Source of the DNA: Candidatus Poribacteria bacterium
Lineage (GTDB): Bacteria; Poribacteria; WGA-4E; WGA-3G
DNA: 64,000 bases
NCBI GenBank assembly: GCA_965242965.1
Contig: OZ251518.1
Coordinates: 2,816,001-2,880,000, forward strand
Direction of reading: 5' to 3'
Position 1 is the stretch's first letter. Each line of letters begins with the position of its first letter. Under the pieces are notes generated by a model. That model made no database searches, was not told where the DNA came from, and saw only the letters and a program-made list of their open reading frames with translations. Below, one piece after another: positions 40,001 through 49,403 of the stretch. A program made the position numbers and the translations under genes.

Positions 40001-40757
40001 TGAGGGTCCTTATGTTTTCGCCGGTAGTCACATCCCACAAACGGAGAGTTTTATCCCAACCGATTGCAAGGATGTCCCTATTCGGGCTGAAAGAAAAGCA
40101 CTCAACATCGCTCGTCTGTCCGTGAATCGTTCTTGTGTTTTCACCGGTGGCCACATCCCACAAACGGAGTGTATTGTCCAAACACACACTTGCTAGAAGC
40201 CTGCCATCGTGATTGAAGGCTATGCTCTCCACACTAGCCGTATGTCCCGTGAAGGTCTTTATGTTTTCGCCGGTGGCCACATCCCATAAATGGAGAGTAC
40301 TCCTACGTGAACTTGCCAAGGTAGCCCCATCCGGACTGAACACAATGTTAGTGTTATAGCCGGCATTCGTACGACTCGTGAATTTTTGCAGTGGTGTGCC
40401 GGTGGCGACATCCCACAACTGAATAGAGTGAATAGAGCTCTCACTCGCGCCTGCCAGAGTGCTACCATCAGGACTGAAGGCCACGCTGTCACAAGCTACC
40501 TGTTCACCGGAGTGATTCTCTTGAGTCAGTAGAGCGACTTCCTGATATGTCTCGGTATCATACAGCCAAATCCCCACGGCACTCGCTACCGCAAGCCGCG
40601 TGCCATCCGGTGAAAACTGAATATCATTGGCTCTGCCTTTGCCTAGCCGCGCGATGGCCCCTTCGGGTAACTGCCATTGGGATACATCCTGGGCGAAAAC
40701 ACCGGTGGCCAGGATAAGCATCAGCGTCAAAATGGACAAGAATAAACTGTGTTTCAT
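37014..40757 (-). CDS. Secreted WD40-repeat protein built from two tandem blocks
   Basis: Signal peptide; more than 20 GH..V.SVAFSPDG.TLAS...D.TIRLWD repeats; both blocks start with ARLGKG..DIQFS. Confidence 0.93.
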   Translation of the reverse strand: MKHSLFLSILTLMLILATGVFAQDVSQWQLPEGAIARLGKGRANDIQFSPDGTRLAVASAVGIWLYDTETYQEVALLTQENHSGEQVACDSVAFSPDGSTLAGASESSIHSIQLWDVATGTPLQKFTSRTNAGYNTNIVFSPDGATLASSRRSTLHLWDVATGENIKTFTGHTASVESIAFNHDGRLLASVCLDNTLRLWDVATGENTRTIHGQTSDVECFSFSPNRDILAIGWDKTLRLWDVTTGENIRTLTGHTETVDGIAFSPDGEILASASSDETIRLWDAGTGKQTKILKGPTSWVESVIFSPDGDTLAIASGYGVIRLWDVASGKNTDTVHGHTVSVKSVAFSPDGDTLASSAWGGTISLWDTNTGRKKKSLRGHSRQGNIVFSSDGSRLASAGHDRTIRIWDVPTGENTLTFRGYTDRPADEFYRTSVAISPDGGTLAGAGDKEIHLWDLETGKNTKTLVGHTDFVTSLDFSPDGGILASASEDKTIRFWNLTTGKSVKTLTGHTGVVTSLDFSPDGGILASGGQEDYFKSNNRMPDRTVRLWDVATGKNIQTFTVYIGVESVVFSPDAGSLAVGYHDKSVVLDIATGSRAQVFRGHTSGVNSVAFTPDGSTLASASGDGTVLLSKVIPIHEGPKARLGKGTIHDIQFSADNTRLAVASSVGIWLYDAETCQEVAMLTGHTAGVHNVVFSPDSSTLASASSDRTIRLWDVDTGTHIKTFARMSGWERDITFSPDGGTLAIASHDDVQLWDVATGENTLTLSADGIYQVLCVAFNHNGSILAASADPVIHLWDVPTGKHLKTLAQTGHTYHRRVAFSPNGDTLASANSNEIYLWDVATGTKVKSFKRRKASIRSIAFSSDGRTLTIAGSDNDNNIVRLWDERTGKRAFWETIIGRWPKTLKGHRNSVNSIAFSSDGNTIASATSEEIRLWNAHTGKHTKTIEGHTSRVGSVAFSPDGLTIASAGSSGNIYLWNGHAWRNTKTLTGHTDGVRNVAFSPDGRTLASASKDKTVRLWDASIGKNSLWESLFGKRNKVLSGHTHGVTSVAFNPSGALLASASSDSTIRLWNARNGKDIKVLTGHTDGVRNVAFSPDGSTLASGGVDNTIRLWDVITRENVKTLNIKVLNEHAQTISSIAFSPDGSTFASARFWDNTIRLWDTASGVPTKTLHTPVPGDLVFSPDGGTLASSSWHVIRLWDVASGTPLQLLTGHTDPISSLTFTPDGRTLASGSWDGTVLLWEITP

Positions 40758-40794
40758 GTGTCAAATTCCTCTTTTGGAACCGGGTTGCAGAATG

Positions 40795-41190
40795 CCCCCC
40801 TTCCTCGTAGGGCGAGGGCCTGTCCCTCGCCATGCTCCGGTCTACGGAACGATCGCGGGGGACAGGCCCCCGCGCTACGATAAAAAAAACGCCCCCCTCA
40901 CCGTAGGGCGAGGGACAGGCCCTCGCCAACGCTCGCGCACCAGGCACTGTAGGTCAGGATCGCCTGATCCTGACCTGTTTGTGATCAGGCGATCACAAAC
41001 TACAGAAGGGGAAACACATCTCGTGACGATGGAGATCGCGGGGGACAGGCCCCCGCGCTACGAAAAAAAACGCCACCCCGCACCGTAGGGCGAGGGACAG
41101 GCCCTCGCCATCGTCCGCGCACCAGGCACTGTAGGTCAGGATCGCCTGATCCTGACCTGTTTGTGATCAGGCGATCACAAACTACAGTGG
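40795..41190. repeat. REP cluster containing a direct duplication with ~180 bp period
   Basis: The B, A-variant and D-doublet block occurs twice. Confidence 0.85.
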
Positions 41191-41206
41191 AGGAACCTTT
41201 CTGTTC

Positions 41207-42232
41207 CTACGAAAGACTCGTATCCCCAGTCAATTTATGCAACGCCTGCAACTGCTCCCTATTCGCAATGACTAACAGCGCATCGCCGACATCTAACTTC
41301 CGATTATAGGGTGGGTTATAGATGAACACCCCTTCTCGACTCCGGATAGCAATGACGACGAGGCCGCTCTGCTGCCGAATGCGGGCATTGGAGAGCGTCA
41401 ACCCGACGAGCGCGGAATGTTCCTGAACAATAGATTCGGTAAATCGCGTCCCCTGTTGGCTTTGCGTGATGTTTGTCAAGAAATCGACGAGCTGCGGATG
41501 AAGCATCCCCGAAGCAAGCCGCATGCCGCCGATCTGGTCTGGGAGAACAACCTCGTCTGCGCCAGCGGTGATGAGTTTCGCGGGCGAATTATTCTCAACC
41601 GCTTTGGACGCAATTCGGAGCTGCGGGTTCAGTTTCTTCGCCGAAATGACGACGAAGAGGTTATCCTGGTCACGGCTGAGGCAGGTGACGAGCCCGCGTG
41701 CGCGTTCTATACCGGCGCGCATCAGCAATTCGTCATCGGTTGCATCGCCGTGGATGTGGAGGAAATCACGGGTATCGGCGAGTTGCAGAAGGCGTTCTTC
41801 ATCCCTGTCAATGCTGACAAAGGGTTCTTCGGCTTTGAGCAGTTCGTCAAGGACATGCACACCGGTATCGCCGAGACCGCAAAGGATATAGTGATTTGAA
41901 AGTTTATCGACAGTGCGCACCATTTTTCTCAATCGGAAGAAGTTTTGGAGTTGTCCCTCAATAAAAAAGGCGGTGGCGATACCGACGCTGTAGGTAAACA
42001 CGCCAAACCCACCGATGAGGAGAAACAGGGTGAAGATGCGTCCTTCATCGCTCATATCTAACTGACTATACCCAACTGTTGTCAAGGTAATCACAGTCAT
42101 CCAGACTGCGTCAAGGAGCGTCCATGAACCTGCCGGATTATCTCTTTCCAGCACGGCATACCCGATTGTTCCGACAACAAGCAATCCAACTAGCAGTGTG
42201 AAAGCGATGATGATGTTGCGTTGGTAGTTCAT
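41207..42232 (-). CDS. Potassium channel family protein (pore plus TrkA-N/TrkA-C RCK domains)
   Basis: TLTTVGYS pore loop, LCGLGDTG, HGDATDD; start MNYQRN because the upstream extension is translated REP. Confidence 0.88.
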   Translation of the reverse strand: MNYQRNIIIAFTLLVGLLVVGTIGYAVLERDNPAGSWTLLDAVWMTVITLTTVGYSQLDMSDEGRIFTLFLLIGGFGVFTYSVGIATAFFIEGQLQNFFRLRKMVRTVDKLSNHYILCGLGDTGVHVLDELLKAEEPFVSIDRDEERLLQLADTRDFLHIHGDATDDELLMRAGIERARGLVTCLSRDQDNLFVVISAKKLNPQLRIASKAVENNSPAKLITAGADEVVLPDQIGGMRLASGMLHPQLVDFLTNITQSQQGTRFTESIVQEHSALVGLTLSNARIRQQSGLVVIAIRSREGVFIYNPPYNRKLDVGDALLVIANREQLQALHKLTGDTSLS

Positions 42233-42244
42233 CCGCGAACCAGC

Positions 42245-42532
42245 CCATACCGGAAACCGTAGCGCGAGGGCCTGTCCCTCGCGATTTTTCAATAGGCCCA
42301 GGCACGGCGGGGGACAGGCCCCCGCCCTACGGTGAAAAAACGGCCCAGGGCCCGTAGCGCGAGGGCCTGTCCCTCGCGATCTATCCCATTCCGGAAACCG
42401 TAGCGCGAGGGCCTGTCCCTCGCGAGCTTTCAATAGGCCCAGGCACGGCGGGAGACAGGCCCCCGCCCTACGGTGAAAAAGCGGCGAAAAAACGGCCCAG
42501 AAACCGTAGCGCGAGGGCCTGTCCCTCGCGAT
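42245..42532. repeat. REP cluster of B variants with direct duplication
   Basis: Four copies of gtagcgcgagggcctgtccctcgcg and two of ggcggg(g/a)gacaggcccccgccctac. Confidence 0.85.
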
Positions 42533-42552
42533 CCTTGCACAGCGGGGGACAG

Positions 42553-42864
42553 TTATTCTTCCTCTTCCGCCTCGGCTTCTTCCGCACTACTGACAAGGCG
42601 GACGTAACCCATGCGGAGTTGATAGAGAGAATTTGCTAAGAAATTCGCCTCCGGCGCGACGAGGTTACCCTTCGTCTTCTCCTCAAGGAGTTCAAGACTA
42701 TCAATGATACGTTTGACTAAAGGGAGACTGATGACAACTTCGTCTGTCTCTGGGTTGTGGACACCCTCCATGTAGAGTTGCGCCGTGGTCACCAGGTCAT
42801 TGACAAACGTGATAAAGTTCATCGGTGGAAGTGCGTTTATATCTTGATCTCGCGGTGTATCCAT
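42553..42864 (-). CDS. DUF1844-like protein
   Basis: F..L...A...G..NP, IDSLELLEEKTKGNL, LYQLRMGYV; GGAGGAG RBS. Confidence 0.8.
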   Translation of the reverse strand: MDTPRDQDINALPPMNFITFVNDLVTTAQLYMEGVHNPETDEVVISLPLVKRIIDSLELLEEKTKGNLVAPEANFLANSLYQLRMGYVRLVSSAEEAEAEEEE

Positions 42865-42878
42865 GTCGCTGCTCCTCC

Positions 42879-43256
42879 CTAGTCGTCATCGTCATCAAAG
42901 AGAATGATTTGCGCGAGCAAACTTCCCGCTTGATTGTTGTTGTGCGGTGTCTCGTTCATGGCGAGGAAGATAACACCGTCATCGGGTGCGGGGTTGTCGT
43001 AACGCGAGCCGACAGCGAAGACGGTATCTCCGATTTTCGCGATGAGGGCCCCGATGTTTGTGCCGGGGAGCAGATAGGCGGCACTGCCGGGCGTATTCGC
43101 AACACCGTCGCCGCCACACCAGCCTATCCGATTTTGTAAATCGGGAGACCAGGCACCTTCCGCGTCAATAACGAGTCGTTGTCCCTTTTTGACGCGAACG
43201 TAACTCTCCTGCCAGATGGGGCTTGGGCGGGCTGTGCGGATAACTGTTAATGCCAT
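42879..43256 (-). CDS. LecA/PA-IL-like lectin-fold protein
   Basis: KGQRLVIDAEGAW, GALIAKIG, GVIFLAMNE, NQAGSL resemble PA-IL; start MALTVI after GGAG. Confidence 0.6.
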   Translation of the reverse strand: MALTVIRTARPSPIWQESYVRVKKGQRLVIDAEGAWSPDLQNRIGWCGGDGVANTPGSAAYLLPGTNIGALIAKIGDTVFAVGSRYDNPAPDDGVIFLAMNETPHNNNQAGSLLAQIILFDDDDD

Positions 43257-43308
43257 TCTGTTTCTCCATTTCGTTTTGGGAGGCGCGGTCAGAAACCGCG
43301 CCTTTCGG

Positions 43309-43911
43309 TTACTCTGTCTTATCACGAATCGTGATATTCGTAATCGCGTCGTCCATGACGATGCTGTCAACTACCTCCATCCCGCTGATGACGGTGCCGA
43401 AGACGGTATAATCGCTATCAATAAGCGTTGTATCGCGGCAGATGAAGAATTCGGAGGCATCGGCTACGCTGGCCCCCACCTCCTTCGCCATGGCGACAAC
43501 GCCGCGCGACATCTTCTGCGAGCCGTTTTCTATGGGGATGGTTTCGTTCCTCACAAAGCGCGAACCGGCTTGGATGAGCAGCGGTTCCACGCGGTGGAAT
43601 TTCTCATCCTTGTAGTTGTTGAGGTTCGCGTTTTTGATGAAATTCCGCGCGGTTTCGGGTGCCGCCGCGAGGAATTCAAACTCTATCTTGCCCTTCGCTG
43701 TCTCAATAACAGCGATGACACTGGTTGGGTCGATCGCGGGTTTCGCGGTGGTTTGCACGGTGCCGGTGCTAGCCCGTCTCGCGCGCGGCGCGGGTGCCTT
43801 CTTCTCCTCCTGCGTGCAACTCATCAAGAGCGGCAAAAACGAGCCCGCCACAATGAGCAGCGCGGCCAGGACGAGGCTATGGCATCGGTGATACTGCTGT
43901 CGCTTGAACAT
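43309..43911 (-). CDS. Cyclophilin-type PPIase-like lipoprotein (divergent)
   Basis: Lipobox LMSC; ETAKGKI, APETARNF, FHRV, VAMA, FFI, YTVFGTVISGMEVVD. Confidence 0.8.
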   Translation of the reverse strand: MFKRQQYHRCHSLVLAALLIVAGSFLPLLMSCTQEEKKAPAPRARRASTGTVQTTAKPAIDPTSVIAVIETAKGKIEFEFLAAAPETARNFIKNANLNNYKDEKFHRVEPLLIQAGSRFVRNETIPIENGSQKMSRGVVAMAKEVGASVADASEFFICRDTTLIDSDYTVFGTVISGMEVVDSIVMDDAITNITIRDKTE

Positions 43912-44461
43912 ATTTTGACTTCGCCTCCAATCGGATGGTTGTCATGACATCGCCCATCTCCAATAGATCGACGATATCCATGCCGTGGATTACACTCCCG
44001 AATGTGGTGTAATTTCCATCAAGGTGAGGTTGCGGTTTCAGACAGATGTAGAACTGACTCCCGGCAGAATTCGGCATGTTCGCCCGCGCCATCGCCACGG
44101 TGCCTCTCAGGTGGGGACGCTGGTTCGGGTTCGTATACTCGTCAACAATGTTCCAACCGGGTCCGCCTGTTCCATCGCCTTCCGGGCACCCACCTTGAAT
44201 GATATTCAGCCCAGTTTCGTCGACTTTACGGTGGAACGTCAATCCATCGTAAAATTTCTGGCTGATGAGTTTTGTGAAGTTCTCAACTGCCACGGGTGCG
44301 GCATCGGGATAAAACTCAATGACGAATTGACCTTTGTCGGTTGTGACGACTGCTACTTGCTCTTCCGGCTCTTCCGGCAGTTGAGTGCCGCCGGGGAGCA
44401 GTGCGCAGCCGACTAGCGTTTGCAAAACAAGAAACAGTAGAAAATACGCAGTTGTTTTCAT
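43877..44461 (-). CDS. Cyclophilin-type peptidyl-prolyl isomerase (lipoprotein)
   Basis: Lipobox LVGC; FYDGLTFHR, QGGCP.GDGTGGPG, AMAR, SAGSQFYI, LDGNYTTFG. Confidence 0.92.
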   Translation of the reverse strand: MKTTAYFLLFLVLQTLVGCALLPGGTQLPEEPEEQVAVVTTDKGQFVIEFYPDAAPVAVENFTKLISQKFYDGLTFHRKVDETGLNIIQGGCPEGDGTGGPGWNIVDEYTNPNQRPHLRGTVAMARANMPNSAGSQFYICLKPQPHLDGNYTTFGSVIHGMDIVDLLEMGDVMTTIRLEAKSKYVQATAVSPMP

Positions 44462-44489
44462 GAAAGTTCCTTACAATTGAATGCTGTCT

Positions 44490-44646
44490 TGGTAGGCGAG
44501 ACCTCCTGGTCTCGATGCGTTCGGTAAAAGCAAGCCTACCAAGGCAAGTGGACTAAGGTAGGCGAAACCTCCCGGTCTCAACTCCCCCGGTAGGCGAGAC
44601 CTCCCGGTCTCGATGCGTTCGGTAAAAGCACACCTACCAAGGCAGT
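44490..44646. repeat. Tandem REP-C units
   Basis: Two copies of ggtaggcgagacctcc(t/c)ggtctcgatgcgttcggtaaaagca plus one partial copy. Confidence 0.8.
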
Positions 44647-44650
44647 TGAA

Positions 44651-45400
44651 CTAACGGGATTTCAAGCGTGCCCAAGTAGTTGCCAACTTATCGCGTGCAT
44701 TAACCGCCAGCGCGAAAGGTTGCTCCATGTCCGCTAGCAACTCTTCCTTCGTCAAAGCGTAGTTATACATTTTGATTTCATCAAGCGCGCCGGTGAGAAA
44801 GCGTCCACTTCCGCCGCGTGCGCCGATGAAAAGCGCGTCATCGTTCGGGCTCAACTTGCCTTTACAGTCCATCTCTGCTTCAAGTTCACCGTCGATGTAA
44901 AGCCGAATGGTATCGCCGTCCCATGTGCCAGCGAGGAAATGCCACTCGCCATCTTGAATACTGGGTCCGATGTTTTCGTCGTTGCATGCATCTGGCAGAT
45001 CGAAGAATTGCAAGATGGTGCCGCCGTTATAGAGCGCGGCGAGGTTATACAAACCCGATACCCAAGCGTTCCCCTTTTCAACGCCGCTCTGGATTGCTTC
45101 GCCGCCTTCGATAAACACCCAGAATTCAATGGTGAGTTCTTCGACAATGTCAAGGCTCCCGTGGTCTGGGATTTGCGCAGAGGTTTTTCCATCAAACGCC
45201 ACGGCTTTCCCGAAAACGCCATCAATCAACTCGGGTTTGCCCTTGAAAGTTGCGTCGTTGCCGAATTCGGACACGTCGGCGGCAACGTCGCCGCTCAGTT
45301 CATCAAGCGGCAGGTGCAGCACGAGTTCTTGCGCGTTGCACACCGTCACTACGCCGATGAACAGCAGCCCGCATAGGCATAAAATAGCTAGTTGTTTCAT
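44651..45400 (-). CDS. Secreted LamG/concanavalin A-like protein with C-terminal KLATTWxxLK tail
   Basis: GVFGKAVAFDG, TIEFW, WHFLAGTWDG, LYIDG, LDEIKMYNYAL, AVNARDKLATTWARLKSR; GGAGG RBS. Confidence 0.88.
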   Translation of the reverse strand: MKQLAILCLCGLLFIGVVTVCNAQELVLHLPLDELSGDVAADVSEFGNDATFKGKPELIDGVFGKAVAFDGKTSAQIPDHGSLDIVEELTIEFWVFIEGGEAIQSGVEKGNAWVSGLYNLAALYNGGTILQFFDLPDACNDENIGPSIQDGEWHFLAGTWDGDTIRLYIDGELEAEMDCKGKLSPNDDALFIGARGGSGRFLTGALDEIKMYNYALTKEELLADMEQPFALAVNARDKLATTWARLKSR

Positions 45401-45529
45401 ATTGAATCCTCCGTCAAATCATCGATAAAAGTGCTGTTTGGATGTCAACAAGATTAAAATAGCAAAAATGTTAAAAAAAGTCAAGGGTTTATTTTGTGGT
45501 TTCGTGAGATTCCGAACGATGCCGTTTCC

Positions 45530-45785
45530 CCGGTAGGAGAGACCTCCTGGTCTCGATGCAATACTATAAACGTTATTAAGGTCCTACGGACCTTGATAGG
45601 GTGAAACACGTTTTTCTATAGACATTAAGGTCCTACGGACCTAAAAGAGGTTTTTGATAGATCGCAGCATGGCGAGGGACAGGCCCTCGCCCTACGGTGA
45701 GGGAGCGTTTTTCAGTCAAGAAGATGCGGGGGCCTGTCCCCCGCGAACGTTGCATGGCGAGGGACAGGCCCTCGCCCTACGCGGA
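45530..45785. repeat. REP cluster (C, E, E, A, B, A)
   Basis: Closely resembles 47048-47200. Confidence 0.8.
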
Positions 45786-45812
45786 GGGGAGGCGTTTTTC
45801 GACGAGGCGCGT

Positions 45813-46832
45813 CTATTCCGCATCGTAAATCGCAAGCTTCCTACGCAACGTCTTGCGGGCAATGCCCAAAACCGCCGCGGTCCGCGCCTGATTCCTACCC
45901 AGGCTCTCGTAAGTCTCTAGGATATACCGCTTTTCTACTTCCGCCAACGTGAACCCAATCGGGGCAATTGGCTGAAATTGCTTTTGAGAGAACTGAGTTT
46001 CTGACGAAGTGCCGACAGGTTGGAGCTCCGGTTTCCGAATTCTAACGGGGAGGTGCATCGGTAAGATAACGTCTCCTTGTGCGAAGACGATTGCACAAAC
46101 GACGACTTTTCTCAACTCGCGGACATTCCCCGGCCATGCGTAATTTTCGAGGCGTGCTAAAGTTTCGGGAGCGATGCCGCCGACATCTCGCCCCAAGCGT
46201 TGGCTTTCTTCTGCCAGAAAGTAGTCTACCAACAACGGGATGTCCCCTACCCGTTCCCGGAGCGGCGGCAAATCGATAGTAAACCCCTCCACCCGATAAT
46301 AGAGATCTTGGCGAAAGGTGCCAGCACTCACCTCGGCCTCAAGGTTGCGGTTGGTGGCAGCCACCAGTCGGACATCAACGTAAATCTTTTTTGTGCCGCC
46401 GAGGTGTTCAATCTCGCCGTTCTCTAACGCTCGAAGCAATTTGGGTTGAAGGAGTAGGGACAGTTCCGCGATTTCATCTAGGAATAATGTGCCCTTGTCT
46501 GCCAATTCAAACTTACCGGGCTTCTCTTCGTATGCGTCCGTATACGCGCCCCTCTCATGCCCGAACATTTCGTCCTCCATGAGCGTCGCCGGAATTGCAG
46601 CACAATTGACCGTAATCTTCTTTTTTTCGGCGCGACGGCTATTCGTGTGCAAGGCTTCTGCGACGAGCTCCTTGCCGGTGCCCGTTTCACCTTGAATCAG
46701 CACGGAGATGGGGACATCCGCGAACAGATCGATTTGCTTGAGGACTTCAAGCATCTGTGGGCTCTTGCCAATGATGCCGGCATAATTGCCCTTCAAGGTA
46801 TCTCTGGCATTTTTCCCGGTGTCGTTTTTCAC
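45813..46832 (-). CDS. Sigma-54-dependent activator (AAA+ plus Fis HTH) with no N-terminal sensor domain
   Basis: GETGTGKE, GHERGAYTDA, LFLDEI, FRQDLYYR, WPGNVREL, NQARTAAVLGI. Confidence 0.92.
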   Translation of the reverse strand: MKNDTGKNARDTLKGNYAGIIGKSPQMLEVLKQIDLFADVPISVLIQGETGTGKELVAEALHTNSRRAEKKKITVNCAAIPATLMEDEMFGHERGAYTDAYEEKPGKFELADKGTLFLDEIAELSLLLQPKLLRALENGEIEHLGGTKKIYVDVRLVAATNRNLEAEVSAGTFRQDLYYRVEGFTIDLPPLRERVGDIPLLVDYFLAEESQRLGRDVGGIAPETLARLENYAWPGNVRELRKVVVCAIVFAQGDVILPMHLPVRIRKPELQPVGTSSETQFSQKQFQPIAPIGFTLAEVEKRYILETYESLGRNQARTAAVLGIARKTLRRKLAIYDAE

Positions 46833-46994
46833 CGCTTTTCCTCTCTTTTTAAGGCAGCTGCTATGCTAGTGTGGTTTGACTCAAGTGCGCTCTTTTTCGG
46901 GAGCGTTGGCCACATTTGGGGAATATGATAACAGAATTTCTTAAAATGTCAAGGAAAATACGAAAAAAGTTTCGGCTAGTGTCAAGAGACAATA

Positions 46995-47344
46995 CCGGTA
47001 GGAGAGACCTCCTGGTCTCGATTCCTCCGCGAACGGGCGATGGCGCGCCGTAGGAGAGACCTCCTGGTCTCGATGCAACATTAAGGTCCTACGGACCTTG
47101 ATAGGGTAAGTCACGTGTTTCTATAGACATTAAGGTCCTACGGACCTAAAAGAGCGGTTTGATGGACCGCAGCATGGCGAGGGACAGGCCCTCGCCCTAC
47201 GATAAAGGGGGCCGTTCTGCTACCAAGAGACCCTCCCCATACCGGAGCGCGGGAGTGCATCGAGACCGGGAGGTCTCTCCTACCGGGGGCATCGCTCGCA
47301 GCGAGACCGGGACGGCGCACAAACAGATTTATGAAACACCCTCA
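46995..47344. mobile_element. Composite REP cassette, right TIR only
   Basis: Modules C, C, E, E, A, C, then GATTTATGAAACACCCTCA. Confidence 0.75.
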
Positions 47345-47349
47345 CTTAG

Positions 47350-48120
47350 CTACGGTAAGTCCAGAAACGTATAAGGGTCAATCCCATCAGAAAAATCCAG
47401 AATGCGAATCCCTGGTGGGGTTTCACCATTGAGCATTTGTTCTGTCTCGGCTTCGGAAACGCCGGAGCCGACAAGTATCGCGCTATCAACAGAATGAGCG
47501 TCACCATTTTCTATCTCTTCCCACCTCTCTTCATAGCGGAGATACACGGTGTTCGGATAGAGTGGCAGCACCAAGCCGTTTTCAAAAGTGCCGCCCTCCA
47601 GCTCGGTGTGGCCCTGGTTCCAGAGTTTAATGAAAACACGGGTCATCAACTCAAACTTGATGCGGATATCTTCATTAAACCGCGCCATCACTTCTTCGGG
47701 CCGGTGCCACGACACATGGAGTGGCGGGAAATCGGATGGCACTTCGGGATATGGACCGAAACCAAAGGGTGAAACGCGCACCGCCTCGACAGGTGCCTCT
47801 TCAGGCGGTGTCTCCAGCCATGAGATGCCCTCGGTTTCACCGATGTCCCTCTCCGCCGGCACCGCCGCGGTGATTTCGGGTAACCTTTCTTCACCATCAT
47901 TAGTGACAGCAACTGTCTCGGTGTGTGCGTCAAGACGCATATCACCGTTTGTTGGATGCTGTGGTTCAGTGTCGGAGTTTTCCTTCTCCTGCACCGCAAC
48001 GGGTGGCGTGGGGAGTGAGGCGTTGAACCGCTTCAGTTCCCACTGCGCATAGAAGGAGATACTCCCGATTATCGCGAGCGCAAGGATGACCGCACTGACG
48101 ATGACGTTACGGGGTTTCAT
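47350..48120 (-). CDS. Hypothetical membrane-anchored protein (WELKRFNASLP N-terminus, distinct C-terminal domain)
   Basis: AGGAGG RBS; TM helix; VSPFGFGPYPEVP domain. Confidence 0.75.
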   Translation of the reverse strand: MKPRNVIVSAVILALAIIGSISFYAQWELKRFNASLPTPPVAVQEKENSDTEPQHPTNGDMRLDAHTETVAVTNDGEERLPEITAAVPAERDIGETEGISWLETPPEEAPVEAVRVSPFGFGPYPEVPSDFPPLHVSWHRPEEVMARFNEDIRIKFELMTRVFIKLWNQGHTELEGGTFENGLVLPLYPNTVYLRYEERWEEIENGDAHSVDSAILVGSGVSEAETEQMLNGETPPGIRILDFSDGIDPYTFLDLP

Positions 48121-48291
48121 GACTTGACTACCTCCTTTCTGTAGGGCAAACGGATATGAAAATTCAGATCGAAATCGGCGGAGAGGAACAGGCACTCGCA
48201 ATGCCGCGGCGCACGCGGGGGACAAACCTCCGGTAGGAGAGACCTCCCGGTCTCGATTCCCCCGCACTGTGTGCCAAGCAGTTATCGCATG

Positions 48292-49044
48292 TCACTCTCC
48301 AATCCGCGGTGTCCAATTGAATTGGTCGAGAGTCCCTTCTTCCAGAGCCAATTGCTTAGATTCCTTGAGATATTCAAGGTGATCTGCCACGACTTGAATC
48401 CCTTCTGGAATTACAAGCCCGGGCATGAGCCGCAAAAGGGCTTCTGTGCTGGCAATGGCATCGTCAATTGTTGCCGTTCCCGCATTGCCGCGTCGGACTG
48501 TCTCAACGAGGATATCCACATCCGGAGAATCCCCCCATTGTTCACGCCAGGCTTCGTCAAGGCGTTGGTAAGCATACGCCGGATTGGTAGCAAGATAAGC
48601 ATTGTAATCCGCAAATCCTGCTTCGACTTTCGCCATGTCGTAAGGCACTTCTGGCTGCCCTTGCGTGAATTCTTCTTCCGATTCAACCGGCACCGTTTCG
48701 GTTTCTTCCAGAAACAGGTCGAGCGCGCTTCCAGTAAACTCCGACGGCGGTTCTTCAACAACTGAAAAGGTTTCTGCGCTTCTCGCCGAATCGGTGCCCT
48801 GTCCCTCTGGTGCTGCTTTCAGCAGTGGGCTTTCGGAAACCGAGGCGGTTGGCGGTTGTGGGACTTCCTGGTGAGTGTTCTCCGACAGTGCGGCAGCATT
48901 CGGTGCCGTGTCTACTGAGGGAACTTCGGGCAGCGATGCGTCAAACCGCTTTATTTCCCACTCGACGTAGATGAAAAGGCCGGCACAGACAAGGATAACC
49001 AGGATAGAAATTCCCGCAATCCGTTTCAAGTCTGCTGAGTTCAT
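48292..49044 (-). CDS. Hypothetical membrane-anchored acidic protein (family B)
   Basis: AAGGAG RBS; paralog of 50889-51629 (EVPYDMAKV...GDSPDVDILVET). Confidence 0.8.
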   Translation of the reverse strand: MNSADLKRIAGISILVILVCAGLFIYVEWEIKRFDASLPEVPSVDTAPNAAALSENTHQEVPQPPTASVSESPLLKAAPEGQGTDSARSAETFSVVEEPPSEFTGSALDLFLEETETVPVESEEEFTQGQPEVPYDMAKVEAGFADYNAYLATNPAYAYQRLDEAWREQWGDSPDVDILVETVRRGNAGTATIDDAIASTEALLRLMPGLVIPEGIQVVADHLEYLKESKQLALEEGTLDQFNWTPRIGE

Positions 49045-49098
49045 AATGTTTCTCCTTCCCTACTGGGTTGAGGTTGCGTCTGTCCTAATCCACTTAGG

Positions 49099-49368
49099 TC
49101 AGGGTGTTTCATAAATCCGTGTCGGTAGTTATCCCCCCTTGGAGGACGGGCGAATACCGAAAGGCATCGGGTCCACCTCTGTAGTTCGGGAGCGGGCGCT
49201 CCCGAACAGGTCAGGATCAGGCGATCCTGACCTACAGGGGTGAGGCGGTCTGCTAGCCAAACGCATGGCGAGGGACAGGCCCTCGCCCTACGATAAAGGG
49301 CGGCGTTTTTTTCACCGCAGCGCGGGGGCCTGTCCCCGCGACGTTGAACGATTTATGAAACACCCTCA
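49099..49368. mobile_element. TIR-bounded core REP cassette (270 bp)
   Basis: TCAGGGTGTTTCATAAATC...GATTTATGAAACACCCTCA; imperfect flanks CTTAGG/ATTAGA. Confidence 0.85.
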
Positions 49369-49403
49369 ATTAGATCTGGACAGTTTTGCGATGCCAAGAC
49401 AGG

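Noticed and set aside
36880-40196. Long plus-strand ORFs (36880-37833, 37620-38258, 38805-40196)
   Set aside because: They are antisense shadows of the repetitive WD40 gene, with no independent motifs.
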